Part shown: positions 25,401 to 37,100 of the stretch, piece after piece
Position numbering within the stretch: position 1 is the stretch's first letter
Layout: every line of letters begins with the position of its first letter
Origin: Owenia fusiformis
Taxonomy: Eukaryota
NCBI GenBank assembly: GCA_903813345.2
Contig: CAIIXF020000001.1
Coordinates: 26,970,001 to 27,034,000, forward strand
DNA: 64,000 nucleotides
Direction of reading: 5' to 3'
Program-made: the position numbers and the translations under genes
Notes under the pieces: generated by a model
Databases searched by the model: none
The model's input: the letters and a program-made list of their open reading frames with translations, nothing else
Told to the model about the DNA's origin: nothing

Positions 25401-27332
25401 GTTCCACTTACACAGGTTCTACTGTACTGAAAAAGTGTACCTACCAGAACTGGGTAGTTAGGAGCCAGAGCTAGGATGATGGCACCAAGGATGAAGACCA
25501 GGGCATTGATGATGATAGACAGTCTCCTACCATAGTGATCAACAAGAAAACCTAAATATTGCCAATTATACAATTTTGTAAAGCATCAAGATGTCATTTC
25601 TAACTCCACCTAAGTATGAGATTTAATACACTATACTGATATTTTGTTAATACAAGTATACTCATAACATTGTGAAACTGATGGAAAGTAGTTTGTAGGA
25701 GTTGTAATTTGTAGTTTTTGTACACTGTAGTGTCATCTGTATGACATGATTATTGAGTCAATAAAATATATATTTCAATTTTACTGTTGTTCAATGTCAA
25801 CATATTTGGAGAAAATTTTCTGCCATATATTAACACCCACTTTAAATTGATCTAAGTAGAGTTAACTTTAGATCTAATTAAATTAGAACTGAAATCAAAG
25901 CTGACATTGAAGGACCTGATCTAAGATCAAACAAAATAAAAATAAATAAATAAAAAAATTTAAAAAAATAAAATAAAAAGAGTGATGTGTTGGTTCACCT
26001 CCAAGTAAAGATCCCAATAGGGCCCCCATCAACATGGAACTGACCACCATCTCTTGCTGGAAACAGGTCATGTTAAACACCTCCCTCAGTTGAAGTAGTG
26101 CACCAGATATAATACCTGCAATATATTTACACTTTAACTTTATTCTAAATTCATCAAATATCATACATATTAGGATTCATACTTAACTGACTGTCGGTTT
26201 TGTGGACAAAGAGCATACAATACAAGTGTAACTGAAAATGAGATATTTTTTACACACTCGCCACTTTGAGCAATACCATGCTGATGTCACAGAAAGACAA
26301 GTAATTGGCCAAATATAATTGAGCGGTCATGTTGATGTTTGGACCTTGAAATTTGAATTATAAATTTTCACTTTCTGTTTTTCACATTATCACATTTTAA
26401 TTTATAAGTTTTTAAGTTTAAGAACTAACAAATGTGTATTTCTTTCAATCCACAAACAAAATTTTATTCTGGCAAATATGGGACTCTATTTTAAATTTCA
26501 TTACACATGTACAGCATTCACCTTTATAGACATTTTTGCCTTTTTATTGTACATGATCATTTACTCCATTATACTTTTATTTACCCACCAACATCATATC
26601 CAAATAGAAGTCCTCCCAGGGCAGCCATCATGGAGGCAAATATAACATAGGATGCTGATCCATGGCTCCCACTAGAGGGCTCTGACTGTTGCGTGGGCAC
26701 CAGGGGCTCTTGGAGTTCTAGCTGTAATCCATCCTCATCTTCTTCCAGCAAACCAGCTACAATAGCAATAGAAAAATACAGGATCTAGTATTTGAATACA
26801 CTGGAGCACAAACAATTTTAATCAGTATTTGAAATTAATTAAGTACATGGGTTCACATTGTGAAAAGTGATATGTATCACTCAAGAAAACATTGTGGAGC
26901 AATAGAAGAGATTTCCATTGTTGTGTATACCAGGTTGTTCAATAAGTTCTCGGAAAAATGCTCACATTTCAAAGGTTTTAAAAATTTGATTTAAATATTT
27001 TAAGAATCAATAACCAGATATTTTTTGTATAGATGTCATGTGAACATTTCATGAAAAAATAAAAATCTTTAAAACTAGAGCATTTTCCCCAAACTTATTG
27101 AACGACCAAGGTATATTCCCATGAGAAATCTCACAAAAGAGTACATTTTTAGACTATTCTTTACAATCAAGTGAAAGAATTCATTGTGTGTTCACACATA
27201 ACATCCCAGTCTTGTAAGAACTGGCTCATTTTTTTATTAATGGACCACACAATTATTTTTTGGACAATTTTTAAAAGTACCAAATATTTACTCACACGTG
27301 TCTCCATCGATCATTTGTTCCTCTGACATCAT
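19464..27332 (-). CDS. Class III facilitative sugar transporter, GLUT10/GLUT12-like (SLC2A10/12); 11 coding exons
   Basis: Exons 27332-27296, 26756-26589, 26115-25999, 25551-25445, 24112-24029, 22546-22443, 22123-22015, 21811-21725, 21269-21183, 20637-20527 and 20306-19464, all GT-AG and in phase. Motifs: [49 protein letters not shown] (GLUT10/12-type), DKAGRR, a long loop with N-x-S/T sites, [20 protein letters not shown]. Confidence 0.93.
22581..23582 (+). mobile_element. Helentron-associated (HINE/DINE-1/Pearl-like) element
   Basis: 5' ACAAG start, ~170-bp degenerate internal tandem units (GACAAGA..AAAATGGCC), (GGAC/AGAC)n microsatellite at 23489-23533, 3' hairpin CCCCAC..GTGGGG followed by an A-rich end. 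Confidence 0.7.
24565..25424. mobile_element. Tc1/mariner (pogo/Tigger-like) MITE
   Basis: TA|CAGTAGAACCTG..TAAGTGGAACAC ... GTGTTCCACTTACACAGGTTCTACTG|TA; repeated AAGTGGAAC motifs. Confidence 0.85.
26930..27111. mobile_element. TA-flanked MITE
   Basis: TA|CCAGGTTGTTCAATAAGTT ... AACTTATTGAACGACCAAGG|TA. Confidence 0.7.
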
Positions 27333-27812
27333 GACTGCTAATAAACCTTATGTCACCTTTGTTGCCAGTGGATAATCCTGCATCTACTGAATGTATTGTA
27401 TTCTGTTGGCTCTTGAACACCCAGGTTTACTATTGACATGTTAACGATTATATTGCCTTGTGCTCATTGTTACAGAAAGATCATTCATTAGAGAGACTAC
27501 ATCTTTCAAACTGAAAAAATAAAAAATAGATTTATTGTAAAATTAATTCATCAAACACTGATGATTATGAAAATCAGTATTTTCAAGATAACTGCATCTA
27601 TTTCACTCCTTAAATATACATCATACATGTCATAATGAGTCATTTCCTTTTATTTGTTAGAAAGATAAAATCAAACCGTAGTAATGAAAGGAGCTGCAGA
27701 TAATCTATGCTAGAAATTACAAATTGAATACAGATTTAGATTCTTACAAGCTGACTAAGTCATTATGAAGTAATAATATTTTATTTTTGTGTCACAGGTT
27801 TAATATACAGTA

Positions 27813-27975
27813 CAGTAAAACTGGTCTAATTAGAACACCTTTGGCACCTCTAAAAAGGTGTTCCACTTATAGAGGTTCATTTAGCATTAAGTCAGTTGGT
27901 CTTGGGACTCTGAAAAGTGTTCCACTAACAGAGGTGTTCGACTTCTAGAGGTGTTACACTTTTTAAGTTTCACTG
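27813..27975. mobile_element. Short pogo-like MITE related to 24565-25424
   Basis: TA|CAGTAAAACT...AGTTTCACTG|TA with GTGTTCCACT motifs. Another right end of this type lies at ~56590-56615. Confidence 0.65.
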
Positions 27976-28060
27976 TATTGGCTTATGAGGTACCATGTGA
28001 TAATATTGCATATTTATATGTATTAAAGATATAATACTTATATAGCAATTCTATATTTAA

Positions 28061-28424
28061 AGGTGCAATAATTAGTGCAGAGGGGTCATTCAACGATCAT
28101 GGACCAGTGTCAAAATATATTTAAGTTTGGATATTTCATCAAGACTAACATCTATTTTTATTATCTACAAAGAAACCCCCTAGATAAACATTATTTCAGC
28201 TGGTATTCCTCTTGAAACATGGTGGATCTTAAAAATATAAAAGTGGAAGTCCCCTTTTTGAAGCTTTGAACTGAATTCACACTTTTTAATGTTGAAATTG
28301 ATAATTTATCCATACATTTAAAGAAAATAAGTATGTCAAAGAAGATGTTAAACCAAATGTTGCCTTGATAGCTCAGAAAAAATGAAAAAACTTTCCTATT
28401 TTCTCTACAGTCCTTATTGCCCCT
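28061..28424. mobile_element. Kolobok-like MITE
   Basis: TTAA|AGGTGCAATAA ... TTATTGCCCCT|TTAA. Confidence 0.7.
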
Positions 28425-28640
28425 TTAACATAGTCAAAAAGACAAAGGGCAGATTTTTCTTAAAAGCAACATTCATGAACATAAAATACAAACTTTGTTC
28501 AGAAGGCACTAATGGTAACCAAAGGTAGCCCCAACAGATATATCTTAAGATATCTAATTCTATTGAGGTGAATATGTGCATCTTTCACGAGAGATATTCC
28601 ATGAAGTCTGAAGGACAGGTACTCACCAAAAATATGATTA

Positions 28641-29041
28641 CTGTACGCCCGGTATTATTCGCGAGCTTTAATTTCGCGAATTTTGCGAAAACACGGTTTC
28701 GCGGCTATTAAATTTCGCGAATACTGTATTTTATCGTATTCGGAGATTCCCCAGTATATGATGTCCAATCAAATTGCAGGCTACGATCACGTGAACAATC
28801 GTGCGCACGTGCGCTTTCATTGCCGCGCATGCGCATAGTAAAGTCATGGAGTTGCACAGTACTATTGAAGTACTATAACTCGATCCAAACTAGTAGATAA
28901 AACGAAATGCATCAGAGCCCCGGGTAAAAACAAATTCCCGGGGATTTAATTTGCAATTTCGCGACGATAATTTTTCGCGATTTTAACACCCTCGCGAAAA
29001 GCGCGAAAGTTAATCGCACGCGAATAATACCGGGCGTACAG
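28641..29041. mobile_element. TA-flanked MITE (Tc1/mariner-type), CpG-rich
   Basis: Perfect TIR TA|CTGTACGCCCGGTATTATTCGCG ... CGCGAATAATACCGGGCGTACAG|TA; TTCGCG subterminal repeats. Confidence 0.9.
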
Positions 29042-29409
29042 TAAATCTTTGTTCTATTATAGTACTAAATTCCTAATACTATTAAGTTACTAATAATATT
29101 TATAAACTAAAAAGCCTTTTTAAAGATGACACATTTTCAAAATACTGATTTTAATGTTCAGCAAACATAAGGTGATTCCATCCTCTTTATTGTACATTAT
29201 TTTTTACCAATGTTTTTAATTCATGAGACAAATTACGGTTTACCCAGTGTCGTGTTGTGTTAAACTTTCAAGCACTTGAAAATTTTAGTCCTACTTCTTG
29301 TCAAATTTTATAGAGTAAACACCAAATACTGTAATTTCAAGAGCTTTGAAATCTTCAGAGAACATAAGTTGTATATACAGCAACTACAAGTTATTTCAAA
29401 GTTCTACTT

Positions 29410-29596
29410 CAACAAAGTGTCTAGTAGTTACAGAAAATTTCTCGGAAACCGGGTGAACTTGGGAAATGGCGACGATAGGTCAAATAGATGATGTAATCTA
29501 TGTATCTACCTTTTCAGGTAACCTGTCTCCTATGGGACGGACCAACTGACGGACGGATACCTGGTCGATCACATAGGCTCACTGTGAGCCAAAAAC
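29410..29596 (+). mobile_element. Short HINE-like fragment
   Basis: GGACGGAC repeats at 29535-29558, then hairpin GGCTCAC-T-GTGAGCC and an A-run. The 5' boundary is approximate. Confidence 0.45.
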
Positions 29597-29845
29597 ACTT
29601 AATAACATGGTGACGGTTGTGACAGGCATAAGTCTTGCAACAGAAAGGGTCTCGTTTGAATTTTAATTGATGAAATATTCTCGTTACGATTTTGAGAACA
29701 TCTAAAAAAAATTTACTCCAGAATAAACGTTTTCACGAGTGCACAGTGGTCCACATGCCATGTCTTCTAGCCAAGCAGTAACTGTAGTTTATCATTGAAA
29801 CCCCCAACAGGTTTTTAATAGAACTACATGTACTTTCCTACTTAC

Positions 29846-30132
29846 CACGAGATAAACAAACCGAGGATACATGACTATCAATCTGTTCCAGGAGGTGGTA
29901 GAGGTACCATGTAAGCAGTCACGGGTGTTACAATATTTTCTCATTGTGCCCGACGGCTACTTTTATTCGTAACAAAACATAATTTAAAAACAATGTTTCA
30001 AATAAATAAAAGTGTTTTTAAATTAATGAAATTATTTGATATTAGTATAAAGGGAATAAGATATTGTTATATTTATTTGAATTGGCAGTTGCTTACAGCC
30101 TTAGAAACTAGAAAAATAAAATTAAAATAAAA
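29846..30132. promoter_or_regulatory. Probable bidirectional promoter for the SLC2A gene (-) and TTC36 (+)
   Basis: A minus-strand donor GTAAGT at 29845-29840 could splice to the acceptor at ~27511 upstream of the SLC2A ATG. The TTC36 ATG is at 30133, <300 bp away. Confidence 0.5.
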
Positions 30133-32527
30133 ATGTGCCAAAAAAGTTTGTCGGAGCACGATAACACAGTCCTCAGGCGTATATTCAACCCCGAACTACC
30201 ATACAGTGACACAGTCAACTACGAAGAAGAGTCTGAGGCAGAGAATACTGGTAAATATCATCATCAAATTACCCCAAAAATTGCCTTTTGTGATAATTGG
30301 AAAAATGGACAAATAAAATCCCAAGCCAGTGAATCTCTAGCTTGCCCGTAGCCAGCTTTTACCAGGAGGGGGAGCTTTTTTCCAGGGGGGAGTTTTTTCA
30401 CAATTTTGGCTAAAAATCATGCGAAAAATTCTCAGAATGGTGAAATCTGCATGATTTTGAAAGAATTTCTCGCCGGGGGGGGGAGCTTCCGCTCCCCCAG
30501 CTCCCCCTCTGGTTACGGGCCTGTCTTGCCTACTATAAAGAACTCTATATATGTACGGATAGAGATAGAGAGATGGCAATAGTAGTTTTGGTCGGGAAGT
30601 TATGATTTTTCTTGATTTCTAGATGACTACAGTACACATAGATCCACAGACACGGGAACAAGAGTTCATCCCCCTCCCAATCACTATATTATACACAGAT
30701 ATCAGAATTTTTATTAGGAAATACATCCTCAAGAAGGCGCTTTCTTTAAGAGGTATTTCCCATCAGTGATTATACAGTGACTGGTGGGAGGGGGGATTTT
30801 AAGACATGCAGATTGTGATTGAACGCTACTATTGGATTGGATTGGAAACGGCAGATTTTTCCACTAGAGGCATTCTCTGACTTGGGGCAATGGGCATTGT
30901 CGTTTTATCCGTATGATTGCAGGCCTGCCAACTTGGGAACACGTAAAATGAGTGGCTTACAAATGTTGAACACCTTCCTTCAATTTATGAACACCTTGGT
31001 TCAAACCTGAACACCTTGTTCCAAATTTTGAACAGTGTTCAAATTGTATTGTGTATTGCCTTGGGCTTTCAATATTGAATGCCCATGGTATTGCATGTGT
31101 CTAAATTTTGGATACCTCTAATTTTTCATGCTCGCTTCACTCGTGCTCCATCAAGGGAGAGGATAGGAATGAAAGAATTCGAAGCAAATGTGTCATATAT
31201 ACGTAATTCATGTGAAAATTCTTTTTTTTCGACGTTCATTTTTTATGTAATAGCCTTTGTTATTTTTATGTTCTTCTCAGGATTTTTTTTGCATGACATA
31301 ATCAGAGAAAATGCCTATTTGCGTAACATACAGTATTCTGACACACAAAAAAACTGGCGCGACTTAATTTTCTCCAGCAAATGCGAGACAGTTGGTAGGC
31401 CTGATAACAATAGTCTAACAATCCCCCAGGTTTTCACTCAATGCCAAGGGTTTTTCTGGGAATGCCCCGTGGCGGAGAATGCTCCTATGTACTTTATGGA
31501 GGATCAAACAAGTTTTGCAAAAATACATAATGCAATAGGTATATCATATGCAGGTAACCTTCACATCTGTTTGAAGTCCAATAATGCTCTAGGAGTAAAA
31601 GTTCTTGACAATGGCGCTCCTTTTATTATTTTAGAAAATCTTCCTGAAGCTGAGAATGAGGCGAGGCAGCTTGAGATAGAAGGTGTAAAGGCAGCAGAGA
31701 GTGGAGATGTTGGTGCTTCTTTGGAGAGGTTTAACAGTGCCATTAACAGATGTCCTAGTCGAGCATCATGCTACAATAACAGAGCACAAGCTTTGAGATT
31801 GAAGGGGGATACTGCTTGTGAGAGTTTAACTACTATAATAAGCTCATCAAATAAATTTGATCAAAGAATATATTTATTACATGTAATTTATGGCTTGTGT
31901 TCAATGGATTCCAATCTCTAGCACATATTTCTTTTTTGTTTCTGATTTGATATTGAACAAGTTGTTTATGGCATTTGTGGCTTTGTATTTTTCTTCAGGT
32001 GCAATGCTTGATGTTAACAAGGCCCTAGAGCTGAGTGGAGGGAAGGGAAAGGCTGCAACACAGGCATTTGTACAAAGAGGATTACTAAATAAAAAAGAAG
32101 GTATGATTGCATATGTATTATATCCAACATGTTAAGCATGCAGTGGTATTTAGGAATATTAGCAAGGTTGGCCAAAAAAGAGACTTAGGCCGGTAATGAA
32201 CCAGGAATGGAATATAGAGTGAAGTTGTAGTGTGTATTATGGAGTCTGAATATTACAGCATTATTATTCGTTAATTCACATTTGCTTACAAATTCAGCTT
32301 TTGTGTTATTTCAAGACAACTTTCCTCAGTTGATATGAATCTTTGATATTACTATAACAATTGCAGGACAAGATGAGAAGGCTCTTGATGACTTTAAGCA
32401 TGCGGCTAAACTGGGAAGTGCCTTTGCCAAACATGTTGTGGTTCAGATGAACCCTTATGCAGCCATGTGTAATGCTATGTTGGCTGAGGTAATGCAAAAA
32501 GTAAAATGTGGAGAGGACACAGCTTAA
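30133..32527 (+). CDS. TTC36: Tetratricopeptide repeat protein 36; 4 exons
   Basis: Exons 30133-30250, 31635-31817, 31999-32100 and 32367-32527. Motifs: HDNTVLRRIFNP, LEIEGVKAAESG, ASCYNNRAQALRLKG, QAFVQRG, DFKHAAKLGSAFAK..VQMNPYAAMCNAML. Confidence 0.93.
30341..30523. mobile_element. hAT-like MITE in TTC36 intron 1
   Basis: GCCCGTAGCCAG ... CTGGTTACGGGCCTG termini with G-run subterminals; TSD not evident. Confidence 0.55.
30920..31403. mobile_element. hAT-like TIR pair in TTC36 intron 1
   Basis: CAGGCCTGCCAAC ... GTTGGTAGGCCTG; the 8-bp flanks do not match, so it may be composite or old. Confidence 0.5.
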
Positions 32528-34004
32528 ACAATGGAAAAGACACAGAATAAGACAAAGAAAGGACACAAATATAGAATATTATGATATTATTTATACAAAA
32601 CATACAAACATAATAATTGTCATTCTATGATGGGTTTGGATCAATTATTGAACTATTTTATTTAGATACATGTAAAATGTATACCTGATACATCAATATT
32701 AAGTGTTTTACAAGGATCATCTATGTTTTGAATTATTACATGGCATTTTTTTAGTGTAAGATATGTTTTGTCTTTAAATGTGCAAGGATCTGAATTTTTG
32801 GGGAATTTTTGTTTATGCTGTCTTAACATAACTGGCTGAATGGCCAAATGTGATTGGATTAGTAGAGGTTCACATGTTGCAATGAAAGGACTATTGTCTC
32901 ACTGAGGGGCCATGTCAAATATTCTTGTTTTCACATTTACACTAAAAAACGCTGTTTGAAATTGAATTGCAGTTAATTTTATATTGTGATATGCAACCCA
33001 AATAAACTTACACAAAGGAAAAATATTGACTTTTGATCTAAAAAGATATTAAATTGTGTTATACATTGGCTAATATTTTAGATCTAGTTACACAGTTATT
33101 TTTGGAACATAATATGAAAGACAATACTCTAACATTAAAGGTACTTTAAACTGCAGGTATAAATGCAAAGCCATTATTTTTTATTAAACTTGCATTATAT
33201 GAATTTGTACAGTATTATGACACTCCATTTGGCAGCTACAAATAAAGTCATATACATATTGAAGTGAACTATTTTGTTAAATCTTTTTGGTATGATAATA
33301 GTTGGACAATCTATGCATCAAGATGACATTACAATGACCATAGATTGAGTAGAAATTGTGGTAATAAGTTATGATAAAAAACAATTACCATTTAGAGTGT
33401 ATGATACTTGCACATATTTCTTTTTATTATCTATATCACTAAAGACCTTTTGGTTTATCTTGATGAAAGGCTAGATTTATTTTAAAAAATCAGAACCATC
33501 ATTGAAGACGTAGTTTTCATAAAGTCATAGTCATTTCATATAATCAAATCAAAAAAATAGTCTTCAAACTCCAAGCCAATGGTTCCTGCCTGTAGGGCTT
33601 ATTTTTATTTATTTTTTTCATCCACCATACTGATACTTGGTGTGTCGTATAAATAAAGAATTTACATTATTTTACTTTCAATTACTTTCTGTTTATGTAC
33701 ATTTTGTGAATGTATACAGCAATTTAGAGCAATGTTTGATTCACCCAAATCAAATATGTTGTATTTGGCAAGGGTTATAAGTATAAAGACTAGGAGTTTC
33801 GGAGAAAGTATTTCTCGTCTGTGGTATTTAGAATATTAAATATGGCTGACTGTAGCTTTATTTGAAATCCTCCATTCAATAGGTCTACAGATGTTAAAAG
33901 TGATAAAAATATGCATGTAGAATAGTATTGACATACACTTTTTAAAGTTTCACTTTCTTTAAACTAAATTAAAAATGTCAAAGTGAGTGCCTCATAAATT
34001 GGAA

Positions 34005-34048
34005 GTCACATGACAGTCACATGATCTATTTAAGTAGAGTCACATGAT
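34005..34048 (+). promoter_or_regulatory. Triple CLEAR/M-box-like (MiT/TFE) motifs upstream of GILT
   Basis: GTCACATGAC (34005-14), GTCACATGAT (34016-25) and GTCACATGAT (34039-48), 70-115 bp before the ATG. Confidence 0.7.
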
Positions 34049-34118
34049 CTATCATTTGTAGCCATTTTGAAAAAAGTAAACAAAGTTGAGCACAGAAGCC
34101 TCTCACTTTAGAAGCATA

Positions 34119-37100
34119 ATGTGGCAAATATACACTTTAACATGTTTAATTATTGCTGTAAATGGATGTGATATACCTCCAAGAATGTGGTGTGACTCCT
34201 TAGAAACTGCAAAACAGTGTCAGGTGAGAGAAAACGTAACTATTGTAACGCTGAATATTCCGTCATTTTACACTATTTCATCCCCATTGTTTACTGCATG
34301 CTAATAAATAAAAATGCCTGTTGAAAGCCCATGGTTTTCTCAAAGGTGATATGAATAGATCGATGGTATATGGAATAATATAGAATACATCTAAAGATAA
34401 TTTATGTGTGTGCTCACAAAAGTCTTTGTAAAATTTTAAATGTTAGGGGAGGCATCAAAAGTTCAATGTCTGATAGGAAACTAAATAAATCTAGTTTTGA
34501 GTTGGACCCCCCCCCCTCCCCCTCAAAACTAAATACAATGAAAGTTGATCGCGGACTTTTCACATGTTTTAGCGACTCAATTTGGACTTTCATGGGGCCA
34601 GTACTATAACTTATTTATGATTCTTAAAACATGTGCCAACAACAATAGGCATAATATTCCATGATACATGCATCTTGGTGAAGAAGGCATCTGGTAAAGT
34701 CTTTATTTTTAAACCATTCCAAGGCATTTCGAGTCGAAATTGCGAAAAATTTAAATGTTGAAATTTGTCGGATAGCAAACTGAAATAGCTTTGACCCCCT
34801 CCCCCCCAAACTAGATTTATTTAGTTTTCTATCAGACATTGATCTTTTGATGCCTCCCCTTAGGAACTACTTTGAATTTAAAAAATAAGCAATAAGACTG
34901 TCATGTGTAGACTATCTTTTCTTTATTTTGGAAGCAATTAGGCTACCTGTTTGCAATATTGCTCTATTGTCCTCCAAACAAATTTACTGTTTGTACTGTA
35001 GATCAAATCTTTGAAGATGGGGACATTTTGAAGCTGTTTTGACCAATCGAAAGTTGAAAAGACCTGCGTTTGTAGATGCACCTGTTATTACATTTGTATG
35101 CCAGACACATTTATATTTTATTTCATGTGAAGGTTGTTGAGCAGTGTGCAAAATCAGTCTGGAAGGTAAATGAAGTGTCCCCAGAACCTGTGAAGTTGAC
35201 CCTCTACATGGAATCTCTTTGTCCAGATTGTAAGAACTTCATCAAAGAGCAGTTGTTCCCTGTCTGGGCCCAGTTGAGCAACATCATCGATTTAGAACTT
35301 GTACCATATGGCAATGCTATGGTGAGTCTTAGATTCTAAATGGGCAGGATAGGAGTGAGGGAGGTCAATTGGGATACTGTATGTCCCACCAATGACCAGG
35401 CACAATGTATGATATAAGAATAATAAAAACTTGTTGGTTCATCACTTAGCCTTCTCTTCTACATGACAACTACTTTAAATTGGCTGGATGTAGTTTACTT
35501 CGGTCCAAAGCCTTCTCTATATTCCGGCTTTGAGGAGGAAGATTGAGCTGCCTTAGTATTATAAATATTGTAAATCATTGTGTCACACGCACAGTAAATA
35601 TGGCATAATAATATGAAATATACCTTTATGTATAGATTTGAAGAACATCAGCTCACATCCCCGTCTGAATCTATTGTTATATTTGATTTCTTTAAGCGAG
35701 AATAATTTCAAATGTTATTCACGTCCAGAACCGGAAGCCATTTTTAGCTACAGCGAGAAAATTTCACCATGTGTCAAAACTCCGAAATGAAATTTTGAAA
35801 TATCTAAATCCAGACAAGCAACGCTTCATCCTAAATATGATTAATATTCTTAAAAATATTTATAAAATTTATTAAAAATGAGTTCTAGGTGCGTGTAGGT
35901 GCGTGTAGCACAGTACATACGAAATCAATGAAGTTTCGTCTAGCTGTAAGCTAGAGACTCGAGTAAGATGTAGTCATTACATTTGAGATATTCAATAAAT
36001 AAATAAATATACATACATGATACTTGAACGTACATAATATATGTAAAAAATGAATGTATGTACAAAAATGATTGCAGGAAAGAAAGAAGGGAGATATGTG
36101 GGAGTTTGATTGTCAGCACGGGAAAGAGGAATGTATTGGAAATCTTATTGAGGTATTTATACTATTTATTACAGCTAACTGATTTGCTTGTACAAAAGCA
36201 CAGTTTTGGAACCCTTTAGAAATTCTGGGTTTGTGTAAAAAACCAGGTGACCGGGTAACCAGGTGACCGGGTACTTAACGTTCCTAGCAGGGTTAGGAAT
36301 TTTTTTATTTATAACGTTGGATGTGGACGATACATGTACGTTATTTTCGATGTCACATTTTGAGGTTATTTCACATCGTAAGAACGTTTTGACAACGTTA
36401 ACTTTAACGTTAAAATAACGTCGGTAATGAACCGATTTAGTGAGAACATATTGACGTCTTTGTAACGTTTCCTCAACTCACAAATATTTTGAAGCCATTT
36501 CCACAATGTTGAAATTCAACCATCCATCGACGTTTTGCTGAATATTTAAATAACATCAGATCAATACGGTCCATGAACGTCATTATTGACGTCACGTTTT
36601 GAGGTTATTTCAAATTTAATTTTAACGTTAACAATACGTCGGAAATGAACCGACTTAGTGAGAACACAAACTTTTTGTCATGTTTTTATTAAAAGCCTGT
36701 TTTGACAATGTTGAATTTTAACGTTTGAGTTACGTCACATATGGACCAATGTAGTAAAAAATCAAACGTTCCTGTTTGTTATATTTTCCACACTAACGAA
36801 CTTTACGGACACGCTACAACAACATTCTTTTTATGCCATCAATAGATGTCTCATGTTTACGTTGCCTCGACGTGTAAAGAACGAAAATGTGCAACGTCTT
36901 CTAGGAACTTAGTAGCAACGTGACATGGACGTCACTGTTTGCTGGATCGATTATTTTAAAAAGCGCTCTGTCTCGTATAGGGTAAAAATATCGAACAGCA
37001 GTGCACTCGGTAGGCTAAGTCTGTCAAGTCAATTCGCTACTAATGGGGGGAAATGTGGAACTTTGAAAGTTGGTAACCCTGCTAGGAACGTTAGGTACCC

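Noticed and set aside
31079..31921. 280-aa ORF as an independent gene
   Set aside because: Only 31635-31817 is coding (TTC36 exon 2); the rest is intronic read-through across a MITE.
35208..35232. Selenocysteine-containing GILT
   Set aside because: The active site is encoded as TGT CCA GAT TGT (CPDC), with no in-frame TGA.
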